Shown here one piece after another: positions 54,310 through 64,000 of a stretch of DNA of 64,000 bases. The position numbers were made by a program, and so were the translations under genes. The stretch is from the NCBI GenBank assembly GCA_965197525.1, contig OZ240211.1, forward strand, positions 64,001-128,000, given 5' to 3'. The notes under the pieces were generated by a model. It worked only from the letters and a program-made list of their open reading frames with translations. It made no database searches and was not told the DNA's origin. How positions within the stretch are numbered: position 1 is the stretch's first letter; every line of letters starts with the position of its first letter. Source of the stretch: Nitrosopumilus sp. GTDB taxonomy: Archaea > Thermoproteota > Nitrososphaeria > Nitrososphaerales > Nitrosopumilaceae.

Positions 54310-55366
54310 ATGTAGCGGTATCTTGACTGGTGGCAACATTCGTCTTATCCCAGTCTATTACCGGTCTTGGATTATCATTCACAGGCGGCCCCTTCTCCAT
54401 CTTATCCCACAAGAGCTCCAGGTTTACAAGTCCGGTTATGATGTTAAATTCATTATTAAATTCACTGACTGTTCCATTGTATGGGGCAACAAGTCTACCG
54501 TATCGTTTTAGCCTGCCAATACTGTGCTCTACCTTTACCCTGATGGAATTGACGTTGTGGTTTTCTTTTTTCTCTTTTGGTGTAAAATGTCTATGATTCT
54601 TGCTTCTCTTGTGTGGTTGTTGGGTAATTGTGCCTGGCAGTTCCTTTTCAATTCCCTTGTACCCCAGGTCCGTAAAGAGATGAACACGATCATCATCAGG
54701 GATATCCTCACTGCACATCTTCTCCCACCATATTCCAAATGGCAGTGGGCTCTCTCTGAGTAACGTAATGTCGTGGATGGATCCCAAAGTGCTCTTTGAT
54801 GCAGCCACAATGACTCCGTTCTCGTTTATGCATACAGTGGTGTTAAACGTAAACTTTTTCTTTTTTCCAGAATATGTTATGCTTCTCATCTGGTTGTTAC
54901 TAGGTCTATTCACGGGACAATGAGTACCGTCAACCATGGCGATACCTCCATCAGGTCCGGGCATTATTTTTTTAAACTCTTCTTTTGTTTTTGCATTTGC
55001 TATATCTTTTGAAATGTTGCTGGCTGTAGGTAGCACTATACTCAACATAGAATCCATGATTTTGATGTATCGTGATACCGCAGCTTGATCCACTCCAAAT
55101 AATGCAGCAAGGGATCCCTGTGTGGGATTGCCTTTTTTGTATATCAACGCCATGAGTAGTGCGTGTCTGAGATACAGCTTGCAGCGATTCCCTGCATCAG
55201 ATGACCTGTCATCATTATCTCTGAACAAGAGGGATTTGTTGTCTTGTTTCATGCATAGTGTAACCCTGGCAAGCAAGTACTGGAACTTGGCCACATCCGT
55301 TAATGTGGCATCATGAATCTTTGCATCATTATTGATAATCTCATCGAACACCTCTACTCGGTGCAT
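54260..55366 (-). mobile_element. IS5-family (ISL2/DDE_Tnp_4-like) transposase gene; stop codon displaced by the ISH3 insertion
   Basis: HTH (LAALFGVDQAAVSR), MVDGTH (D), YSGKKK, FTDLGYKG (D), RVKVEHSIGRLK (E). Likely ATG 55366. Outer TIRs not clearly resolved. Confidence 0.85.
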
Positions 55367-55419
55367 CCTCACATGATATATTAAATAATGTTCGGTGGTT
55401 TGGTGCAGATGCCAATACA

Positions 55420-56477
55420 ATCATACATGATAACCAAAATGGCTTTGCATTTGCAGAACAGGTAAACTTTACATCGGTTCAACCCACAACACCAGAAAGT
55501 GATCTTAAAACTAAATAACCATGCAAATATCTGAGAAACTTGCAAGGGAGCCAAGTGTTTATGCTTTCATTGAATACGATCTCATTCAACTATTGGGCCA
55601 TGCAATTCTTGAGACCCAGTGCATGTCAACTACTAACATTATCAAGAGCTTTCCGATGATTTCGCAAGAGTATGTTGGTCTCAGTGGTCCTATCATGTTT
55701 GATGATGCAGGCGACAGATCTGATATAGAGTACGCTTTATGGAATATCCGTAATGGTGTTTGGGTTGATAATTTGCCACCCCTGTCACTGACTGCTCAAG
55801 AGCGTGACTGGCTTGCCTCTAATCCTGAGATCAAAGTAGCATACATACCTGATTGGGCACCATTTGAATATGTCCAAGATGACGGCACGTTAGGAGGTCT
55901 TACCGCTCAATTTATCTCAGAGTTTGAGCAACTCACAAATGTTGACTTTGTTCCGGTTTCTGGTATTACTAGCTGGTCTGGAGTTCTTGACAGATTGGAG
56001 GCAAGAACTGCGGACGTTGGATTTCTCATCGTAGATACACCTGAAAGACGTGACTATCTAGGCTTTACAACTCCTTATAGACATGTCACTATTGACATTG
56101 TTACTGTGGGTGATATAGGCGTCACTTTGGACACTCTTGGTGGTTTTAGAGTAGCTACGATAAAAGAGTTTGAGATCGACGGATGGTTTGCAAACAACTA
56201 TCCTGATGCATATCATGTCTCAGTTGACAGCATACAATCAGGTCTTGAGATGCTTCAGTCAGGCAAGGTAGACGTATTTTTAGAATCGTGAGATGTTGTA
56301 CATCATACTGCTGACCAGTTAGGTATTATCGGTCTTCACAACGTAGGTTCTACAGGATACGGGTTTGATTTGAATGTAACCTACAGAAATGATCAACCAG
56401 TATTGGGTTCAATTCTGCAAAAAGCACTTGATGCTGTACCTGATGCAACGTTTGTCCTACAACAACCAATAAATTAA
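55420..56477 (+). pseudogene. Truncated multi-domain solute-binding protein (LivK-like C-terminal part + family-3 PBPb domain)
   Basis: FAFAEQVNFTSVQ in one frame, frameshift near 55515, GLSGPIMFDDAGDR, then LTAQERDWL..NPEIKVA..DWAPFEY. TGA at 56289-56291; the frame continues (YRNDQPVLGSILQKALDAV) to TAA 56475-56477. Confidence 0.75.
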
Positions 56478-56851
56478 CTGGTACACAGCTAGCTTTACTA
56501 ACACATATTGGAGCTTTAGATGTCTTGCTATTATCCCTCGTAAATAATTTTAACATAATTCTGTATATTTAATCACGCATACACTTTAACATTTCTTTTC
56601 TTAATCCTTTCTAATCTATCGTATTTTAAATTCAAGTGTGTATATGTTTACATGCGCAAATTCTCTGTTTACATACTTGAAAATTTATTTTTGCCTGACT
56701 AGTTTTGTTGTTTTTTCAATAACCGGCATTTGATCGTATATGTACAATCTATAATATTTGTTGAACATCAAAATATTTCTCGACCTGTTGCAAAAAACTC
56801 CCGTTAGGCTTGCTATTCAATGTTAAAATAATCTATTTTGTATCTAGATGC

Positions 56852-57331
56852 ATGGGCAAAATGGTTGTTACTGGTATAGTCGCTACTTTGGTTATATTAG
56901 CTGTTTTGGCTGTAGCCATTGTTGTATTTACGGGCAATTCTTTGGTTGATTCTTTCTACAACGAGCAAAGCTTTCGTATAGAAAGCATGGTAAGAGAGAC
57001 AGTCATTCTGTATCGTGAGGATGGACATAACGCGTTTTCAGCCATTAATGATATGTATCTTGGTGATTCTGTTTATCCATTTGTAGTCGACACTGATATT
57101 TTGGAGTTTGTAGCGCATGGGGCAAATCCAGATCTAATTGGTCTTGTACCTCAGTTCATTATCGAATCAGACAGACCTGTTGAGCAAATTCTTGATGATT
57201 TACACGACGGTTCTGGCGCTTGGATTGAATCTAACCTTACAAATCCTCAAACCGGTGTTGAAGAATCTAGGACTATTTTTCTGTACCTGCATGACCAGTA
57301 CATCTTTGGCGCAGAATCCGTTTTACCGTAA
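56852..57331 (+). CDS. Membrane-anchored single Cache-like domain protein
   Basis: N-terminal TM helix; YPFVVD...VAHGANPDLIG...GAW...NPQTGVEE...YIFG. Confidence 0.75.
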   Translation: MGKMVVTGIVATLVILAVLAVAIVVFTGNSLVDSFYNEQSFRIESMVRETVILYREDGHNAFSAINDMYLGDSVYPFVVDTDILEFVAHGANPDLIGLVPQFIIESDRPVEQILDDLHDGSGAWIESNLTNPQTGVEESRTIFLYLHDQYIFGAESVLP

Positions 57332-57566
57332 ACTCTGAAATCTTGGTATGCTGGCATCTTTAGCATTACGGATGCCTTCTGTTTACATATGTTCAGTCTA
57401 TTCTAGCTACCGTTTTTGTTGCGTACGAGATTCAAATAACTCTTGCATGCTCTATTTTTTAGATTTATTGGCCTGCTAGTAGTACGATTTCTTTTTTATA
57501 TGATGGTGATCACTTTTACTGTGTCTCTTCAAATATATTTATCACAGCACATACTCAATCATAGAT

Positions 57567-57827
57567 ATGACCGACGACGTATGTGATTTTTGTAAAGGGG
57601 CGTCTCTTGGCTCAAATGTCTGTGTCTATTGTAATGGGACAGGTGAATGGAATCTTGCAGCCCAGGCCTACCTGAAAAATCACATCTGTCAATGCATAGT
57701 TCTTGATAGAAAGTTCTGTCCCGTATGCAACAAACCGTGTCATCATGACACCACTTTGAGCCCTAAACAAAAGATTGATCCGGGTTATGACGGGGCGCCT
57801 TCCCATGAAATTCCAGTGATCTCCTAA
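57567..57827 (+). CDS. Small Cys-rich Zn-binding hypothetical protein
   Basis: CDFCKG..CVYCNGTG (DnaJ-like CxxCxGxG), CQC..CPVC..CHH. Confidence 0.75.
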   Translation: MTDDVCDFCKGASLGSNVCVYCNGTGEWNLAAQAYLKNHICQCIVLDRKFCPVCNKPCHHDTTLSPKQKIDPGYDGAPSHEIPVIS

Positions 57828-58000
57828 TAGTTCTTAGATGGTCTGAAGAATCTAATAACGATGATGACGTTGACGTTGATCAACCATACTCACACTTCTT
57901 ATAGATGATGAATGTTTCTATATTATGTACAAAGACAATAAAAATACTCGTATATTTATAATGAAAAGTCCTATTAACGGGGTAAAAAATAGGTGTTAGT

Positions 58001-58921
58001 ATGGCAAACTTTAATCCAGGTTCAAATCCTGCGTGTGCGCGTTGTGGTAAAAACTCCCTTTTAACTGACGAGGTTACAGGAGAACAATTTTGCGGTAAAT
58101 GTGGTTATGTAGTTACTGAAAAATCACAAGAATCTGGACCTGAATGGAGATCATTTCAAAAGGATGGCGGTGCAGACCCTGCACGAACCGGCGCTCCATC
58201 GTCATTAATGATTCATGATATGGGATTATCTACAGTAATTAATCCTTTAAACAAGGATGCATCCGGAAAACCACTCTCTACATCTATGAAGAGCACTATT
58301 GAGCGATTACGGACTTGGGATAGTAGAAGTCAAGTTCATGCCCCAGTTGATAGAAATCTCCGACAAGCGTTAAGTGATCTGAACAAATTAAAAGACAAAG
58401 TCTCAATTCCTGCAAATGTTCTTGAAAAAGCAGCATATATCTACAGAAAAGCGTTAGAGAAGAAACTTGTTCGTGGCAGATCGATATCTGCAATGATCGC
58501 AGCATCATTGTATGCTGCATGCCGAGATACCGAAACACCAAGAACATTAAAGGATGTTGCAGACGCTGCAAACGTTAAACGTAAAGATATTGCTAGGTGT
58601 TACAGATTACTGCATCATGAATTGGAACTAAAGATGCCTGTAGTTGATTCTATTCAGTGCATTGCCAGAATCTCTAGTAAATTAAAGATAAGTGAAAAGA
58701 CAAAACGATATGCAGTCAAAGTGCTCAAAGAGGCGCAAGAACGAAAAGAATCCGCCGGAAAGGATCCAATGGGACTTGCAGCAACTGCTCTTTACTTGTC
58801 ATGTGTTAAAAACGGCGTCTCAATCACACAGCGGGATCTTGCAGAAGCAGCCGGTGTCACTGAAGTCACGATAAGAAATCGTTACAAGGGTTTAAAGACT
58901 GACAAATCTGTAAAATTCTAA
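58001..58921 (+). CDS. tfb: Transcription initiation factor IIB
   Basis: Zn ribbon CARC..CGKCG, GPEWRSF, two cyclin repeats, AGVTEVTIRNRYK. Confidence 0.97.
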   Translation: MANFNPGSNPACARCGKNSLLTDEVTGEQFCGKCGYVVTEKSQESGPEWRSFQKDGGADPARTGAPSSLMIHDMGLSTVINPLNKDASGKPLSTSMKSTIERLRTWDSRSQVHAPVDRNLRQALSDLNKLKDKVSIPANVLEKAAYIYRKALEKKLVRGRSISAMIAASLYAACRDTETPRTLKDVADAANVKRKDIARCYRLLHHELELKMPVVDSIQCIARISSKLKISEKTKRYAVKVLKEAQERKESAGKDPMGLAATALYLSCVKNGVSITQRDLAEAAGVTEVTIRNRYKGLKTDKSVKF

Positions 58922-59253
58922 TCTCTAGTGCCTATTCTTCATTCGTAATGTAATCTTGTTGTTTCTGTTATTTGTTCTTTGATTATTTTTATCAATATGA
59001 TGTCTCAACCTTGTAATTTCTGTTGTAGCTATGCCAAGTCTGATATTTGGAATATTGCCGTTAGCGTCTTATGCTAACCTGCTTACAATATTCATACATA
59101 TGGTCTTCTTTGTAAAAATCATTTTTTATCGTATTTATTGATCTGATACATATTGGTATGGCTTTACAATCAACTGCAATTTTGATAAATTTTAAAAATT
59201 CTTTTACGCAATACTTCGAAGAATATAAAAATACAGATTATTATATAAAATAG

Positions 59254-60213
59254 TTGAGTAAGTTAGATGATGTTTTGAGGCTTTTGGACTATAGCGTAGG
59301 CAATACTGAAAGATTGGCACGTATAAGGGATACCTTGGAAGATAATAATATTTTAGATGTTTATGATGCTCGTTATCTGCAAAATCTTGTTGATCAATAT
59401 CTTGTAGGTGATCATTTGATTGAATCTTCTTATTCACTTCCTTCTTCTACTCCGCCTCCAAAACCATCTACCTCAAATGAGAATGATGCTGTAGACCAAC
59501 TCGATAACAAAACTCAATCATCCCCACCATCATCTAAATTAGTAGATGATCAAGCTTTGATAGATGATGTATTGCCATCATCATTACCATCACCACCACC
59601 TCCATCATTATCTCCTATCTCTATCAAGCGCCATAAATTATTGTATGCTGTACCTTTATTCTTTTGTATTTTTGGCAGTCTTCTAACTGTTATTACGCAT
59701 TCATCAACTACTGGGTTACTGTCTGTAGGAGGCACTTATTTGAACTCTACAGTGATTGCCATGTTAACTATTGGCCTAACATTAATTTCGCTATTTTTAA
59801 TTCAACAAAAACACATTCATGATATAAAGCGACAATTACAATGCTTGTCATCTGCAAATGCTCCTGTTGCTGAATTAGACTCTGAGATACAAACACCACA
59901 TGACACCCGGATCGAACTTCAAAAAGACTTTCCCAATACGGCAGATATAATATCTCTTCAAAATAAAAACAAAGAGCTCTATGATAAATTTAAGATACGT
60001 GACGCTGAGTTACTTGAAACTATAAATCAGTTTATACAAAACGCTGCTCAAGACATGGAAAGGTTACACAAGGATACACTACAACATACAACAGATAAGA
60101 TTGCAGATTATGTTGAAACCTATCTAGACGAACATTCTGTATCAAAAGAAGATTTTAAAAATTTAAAAGATCTAGTCCAAGAGATGTCACATAAAACTAA
60201 ATCTAATTTATGA
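59254..60213 (+). CDS. Hypothetical membrane protein (2 TM, Pro/Ser-rich, coiled coil)
   Basis: Long ORF with two hydrophobic segments. Confidence 0.65.
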   Translation: MSKLDDVLRLLDYSVGNTERLARIRDTLEDNNILDVYDARYLQNLVDQYLVGDHLIESSYSLPSSTPPPKPSTSNENDAVDQLDNKTQSSPPSSKLVDDQALIDDVLPSSLPSPPPPSLSPISIKRHKLLYAVPLFFCIFGSLLTVITHSSTTGLLSVGGTYLNSTVIAMLTIGLTLISLFLIQQKHIHDIKRQLQCLSSANAPVAELDSEIQTPHDTRIELQKDFPNTADIISLQNKNKELYDKFKIRDAELLETINQFIQNAAQDMERLHKDTLQHTTDKIADYVETYLDEHSVSKEDFKNLKDLVQEMSHKTKSNL

Positions 60214-60440
60214 ATTCTTTTTTTTGTTTTTCTGCCAGATTATTTTTTGAACGGGACAAGAATGCTACAAAAAGACGTCTTTTTTTTTGAGATTGCCTCT
60301 TTATACTCGTCTTTAAAAAAAATTCAATGATTCTGATATACAAGAGACATCTTTTTTTTTGAGATTACCTCTTGACTTGTCATCATGCTATATACTATAA
60401 ATAGAAAATCTACTTAAAGTGTAACAAAATTACCTCAAAC

Positions 60441-62972
60441 ATGAGCGTCGTATCGCCTATGAATTATCAGTTGGTATTGGAGCCTGACCTCAAAAAATTT
60501 GTATTTTCTGGCAAAGAATCAATTTCTATACTATGCACAAAACCTACAGACTGTATCGTTTTGCATTGTGCTGAATTAGAGATTATTACATGTCACATAG
60601 AATCAAATCAAAATACTGTATCCTGTAACGCAGAATTGCATGAAAAAGATGAAGAGTTACATATCAAACTTGGGACAAAAATCAAAGGAGAGGCCAAAAT
60701 CCATATTACATTCAAAGGGATACTAAATGACAGATTACTTGGGTTCTATCGTAGCAAGTACGTCACTGTTGATGGTAAGACAAAATATCTTGCAACCACT
60801 CAATTTGAGGCAGCTGATGCAAGACGTGCATTTCCTTGCTGGGATGAGCCTTCAGCTAAAGCAACATTTGACATTACAATAATTGCACACAAACAGTTTA
60901 CTGCAATATCTAATATGCCAATACAATCAAAGAAAAAAACTGGCTCTAAAATTATATACACTTTTGTACAAACTCCTGTTGTCTCTACTTATCTAATATA
61001 CTTTGGAGTTGGAGAGTTTGAATACCTTGTATCAAAGATTGGCAAGACCCAGATACGAGTTGTTACCACCGAAGGAAACAAATCAAAAGGTCGTTTTGCA
61101 TTAAATCTTGCAAAAAAACTGTTGGTATCTTACGAATCTTATTTTGGAATAGCATATCCATTACCCAAGCTAGACTTGATTGCAGTACCTGACTTTGCAG
61201 CGGGGGCTATGGAGAATTGGGGAGCAATCACGTTTAGGGAGACCATATTGCTGTATGACTCCAAAACATCATCTACTAACACTAAACAGTTTATTGCAGA
61301 GGTTATCTCACACGAAATAGCTCACCAGTGGTTTGGTAATCTTGTTACTATGAGTTGGTGGAATGACTTGTGGCTCAATGAGAGCTTTGCTACATTTATG
61401 GCAACAAAGTTTGTTGACAAATTTTACCCTCAGTGGGAGCTCTGGGATCAGTTTATCCAGAACGCAATGAATCAGGCAATGGGTCTTGACTCTCTGAAGA
61501 CTACCCATCCTATCGATGTCAAGGTGGACTCGCCTTCCCAAATCCGGGAGATATTTGACGCCATATCCTATGATAAGGGCGGCTGCATTCTGCGTATGCT
61601 GGAATATTATGTAGGAGAACCGAACTTTCAGCAGGGATTGAAGAATTATCTATCTGATTTTCAGTATCGTAATGCCACCGGCGATGATCTATGGAACGCT
61701 ATTGGCAAAACATCCAAGATGCCTGTCTTATCTATGGTCAATACTTGGCTTAAACAGTCAGGATTTCCGCTCGTCGAGATTAACCAGGATGGCAGCAAGA
61801 TACAGCTAAAACAGAAGAGATATCTCTTAGAGCCTGACAAAAAATTCAGTAAAGGGCTGTGGTCCATCCCGTTGATATTAGGATTGGATGATGACACCAT
61901 TATAGTCACTAACAAATTATTTGATAAAAAAACAATGTCAATTACCATTCCAAAAAATACATTGGGATTTGTTGCCAACTATAACAGAAATGGATTTTAC
62001 CGTGTAAAGTATGATCAAGGCATTCTGTTGGATCTTAAAATGCTGGTGGACCAAAAACGTATATCCTCTGTCAATCGGTGGGCAATACAAAACGATCTAT
62101 TCTCTTTATGCATGTCTGGCAATTCACAAGTGACGAACTATCTTGATTTTACTGATGCGTATTTTGATGAAACCAGCTATCTTGTAACAGTTGACGTTGC
62201 CCGTAACTTGATGTCCCTGTACTTTTACGCTTTTGATGAGCCATTTGTAGACAGGATTAAGGATTATGCAATTAACTATCTTCGGAAGGTACTGTCTAAT
62301 CTGGGATGGATGCCTAAAAAAACTGATAAACATACTGATGCATTGTTACGTGGATTTGTAATCGGCGCTTTGGGAAAATTAAATGATGATGTCACAACCG
62401 ATATGGCATTAAAACAGTATAAAAAATTCTTGGCCTCCCCTGACAAACATCCCATTCCTGCTGATCTTATCGAGCCAATATGTAGTATTGCTGCGTGGAA
62501 TGGTAATGACAAAACACACAGAGAACTCGTAAAATTATACAAGAAAGCTCCTAGTACAGAAGAGAAACTACGATTCTTGAGTGCGTTGTGTGGATTTCAA
62601 GATAAAGACTTGCTTGCAAAGACGCTTGACTATTCCCAAACTAGTGCAGTACGTTCTCAGAACATGCAGCTACCAATAATGAAAATCGCTGCAAATCCTT
62701 ACGGTGATACAGTGCTGTGGCCCTGGTTGAAGAAGAACTGGAAGATTCTGACTACCAAGGTAGGGTATGGCAATCCCTTGTTTAATAGAATTGTATCAAG
62801 CATTTCAGGAATAGCTGACGATTCTATGGAATCTGAGATTATACAGTTCTTTGCAGATAACCCCACTCCTGGTACTGAGCGTACACAGTCTCAAACTCTT
62901 GAGAGAGTACGAATAAAATCCGAATTCAAACGAAAGATGCAAAAACAATTCAGAGGCGAAAATGGCTATTAA
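60441..62972 (+). CDS. M1-family zinc aminopeptidase
   Basis: TQFEAADARRAFPCWDEP, GAMENWG, HEIAHQW-x-E (WLNES). Confidence 0.96.
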   Translation: MSVVSPMNYQLVLEPDLKKFVFSGKESISILCTKPTDCIVLHCAELEIITCHIESNQNTVSCNAELHEKDEELHIKLGTKIKGEAKIHITFKGILNDRLLGFYRSKYVTVDGKTKYLATTQFEAADARRAFPCWDEPSAKATFDITIIAHKQFTAISNMPIQSKKKTGSKIIYTFVQTPVVSTYLIYFGVGEFEYLVSKIGKTQIRVVTTEGNKSKGRFALNLAKKLLVSYESYFGIAYPLPKLDLIAVPDFAAGAMENWGAITFRETILLYDSKTSSTNTKQFIAEVISHEIAHQWFGNLVTMSWWNDLWLNESFATFMATKFVDKFYPQWELWDQFIQNAMNQAMGLDSLKTTHPIDVKVDSPSQIREIFDAISYDKGGCILRMLEYYVGEPNFQQGLKNYLSDFQYRNATGDDLWNAIGKTSKMPVLSMVNTWLKQSGFPLVEINQDGSKIQLKQKRYLLEPDKKFSKGLWSIPLILGLDDDTIIVTNKLFDKKTMSITIPKNTLGFVANYNRNGFYRVKYDQGILLDLKMLVDQKRISSVNRWAIQNDLFSLCMSGNSQVTNYLDFTDAYFDETSYLVTVDVARNLMSLYFYAFDEPFVDRIKDYAINYLRKVLSNLGWMPKKTDKHTDALLRGFVIGALGKLNDDVTTDMALKQYKKFLASPDKHPIPADLIEPICSIAAWNGNDKTHRELVKLYKKAPSTEEKLRFLSALCGFQDKDLLAKTLDYSQTSAVRSQNMQLPIMKIAANPYGDTVLWPWLKKNWKILTTKVGYGNPLFNRIVSSISGIADDSMESEIIQFFADNPTPGTERTQSQTLERVRIKSEFKRKMQKQFRGENGY

Positions 62973-63378
62973 ACGATTTACAGCTCCACTCACTCTTGGC
63001 CTCTTTACTATACTGGCACTCGCCTTGCTAACTAGCAACAATGACGATCTTGACAGGAATGTCCTAGCTGAGACTCTTATAGTAGATGCAGTATACTATG
63101 CTGATAAAGGTCATGTAGCTATATCATATGTTGATACGTCTGCCAAGACAGAGCTTGTGGTATTGGAGGTTTTAGGACTAGAGGAATCCTTTCAGGTACA
63201 GTTTACTGACTCTGAGTTTGTACAACTAGTTCCATTTCTTGACGTTCCATTATATGGATGGGCAGTAAATCCCATAGTGCTAGAAGTCGATCACATTGAT
63301 TATGACCATGTTCAGATAAAGACTGAGATTTATAGCCCTGAATCTGAAAAACCCAAAGTTATTTACTCTCGAGGATAA
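62962..63378 (+). CDS. Hypothetical exported protein
   Basis: N-terminal hydrophobic segment; 11-nt overlap with the aminopeptidase. Confidence 0.7.
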   Translation: MAIKRFTAPLTLGLFTILALALLTSNNDDLDRNVLAETLIVDAVYYADKGHVAISYVDTSAKTELVVLEVLGLEESFQVQFTDSEFVQLVPFLDVPLYGWAVNPIVLEVDHIDYDHVQIKTEIYSPESEKPKVIYSRG

Positions 63379-63416
63379 ACACAAGATTTTATTGTGTTAT
63401 GTGTGAAGGTTTTACA

Positions 63417-64000
63417 ATGGAGTTACTAACCGGTCTAAAAAAAGGAGAGCGCGGGGCAATTGCCAAGGCCATAACCATTATAGAAAATGATCCCAGGCAA
63501 GCCAAGAAGCTGATAAAAGAGATCTTTCCATACAGTGGCAAGTCCACAGTTATTGGCATTACAGGTCCTGCAGGTGCAGGCAAAAGCTCTCTGATAAACA
63601 AGACTACTATTGCACTAACCAAACTGGGTACAAAACCTGCCGTTCTAGCAGTTGACCCTACTAGCCATGTCACAGGCGGTGCTATACTAGGTGATCGAGT
63701 ACGCATGAGTGAATCAACTGATTCTGGAATTTATATTCGCAGTATCGCATCAAGAGGGGCAACGGGTGCCATTTCTAGTTCACTGCGGAATAGTATTCGA
63801 GTTTTAGAGTATTCCGGATTTAATCCTATTATAATTGAGAGTGTAGGTGCAGGACAGACTGAAGTTGAGATATCTCACATTGCAGATATCACAGTTGTAG
63901 TATTTAATCCTAATACCGGTGATAGCATCCAGACAATCAAGGCAGGTCTGACTGAGATTGGAGATATTTACGTTGTAAATAAAAGTGATCTTCCGGGCAC
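63417..64000 (+). CDS. meaB: Methylmalonyl-CoA mutase-associated GTPase, runs off window (absent from ORF track)
   Basis: MELLTGLKKGERGAIAKAITIIEND...IGITGPAGAGKSS...AVDPTS..TGGAILGDRVRM...ESVGAGQTE. Confidence 0.93.
   Translation, partial: MELLTGLKKGERGAIAKAITIIENDPRQAKKLIKEIFPYSGKSTVIGITGPAGAGKSSLINKTTIALTKLGTKPAVLAVDPTSHVTGGAILGDRVRMSESTDSGIYIRSIASRGATGAISSSLRNSIRVLEYSGFNPIIIESVGAGQTEVEISHIADITVVVFNPNTGDSIQTIKAGLTEIGDIYVVNKSDLPG

Noticed and set aside
52900-55450. Terminal inverted repeats of the outer IS5/ISL2-like element (GCACTGCA..CACTGAAC versus GCATCTGCA..CACCGAAC)
   Set aside because: Similarity is only partial and no TSD is evident, so the ends were not called.
56289-56291. Selenocysteine or other recoding at the in-frame TGA (also TAA at 32152)
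   Set aside because: Single-base nonsense changes (TGG to TGA, CAA to TAA) in genes with other signs of decay or no redox motif. TAA is not a recoded codon.
10918-62542. Numerous 60-160 aa ORFs overlapping confident genes
   Set aside because: Antisense or alternate-frame shadows with no motifs.

Overview
Chromosomal segment of an ammonia-oxidising archaeon (Nitrosopumilaceae, Thaumarchaeota/Nitrososphaeria). This assignment rests on the archaeal core genes (cofC/cofD, proteasome beta, FEN1, TFB, CdvA, large ThyX, Lrp, tRNA-Ser) and a thaumarchaeal-type CFI-box C-terminal anchor. The first 8.8 kb is the 3' part of a giant surface protein: 28 near-identical 95-aa PKD/Ig-like repeats (285 bp), a Pro/Glu stalk and a membrane anchor, broken by one +2 frameshift. 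Core genes alternate with accessory patches. These hold four IS transposase genes: three elements with ends and target duplications I could read off the sequence, plus an outer element in whose stop codon the third sits. There is also an IS630 remnant, several pseudogenes, an ABC/AAA ATPase + PD-(D/E)XK-like + DUF5678-like operon, a split PIN-like module and a solo Cas4-like nuclease with no CRISPR array. The IS load and gene decay suggest a host-associated (e.g. sponge-symbiont-like) lineage, but that is inference. All family assignments come from motif recognition by eye; no database searches were run.
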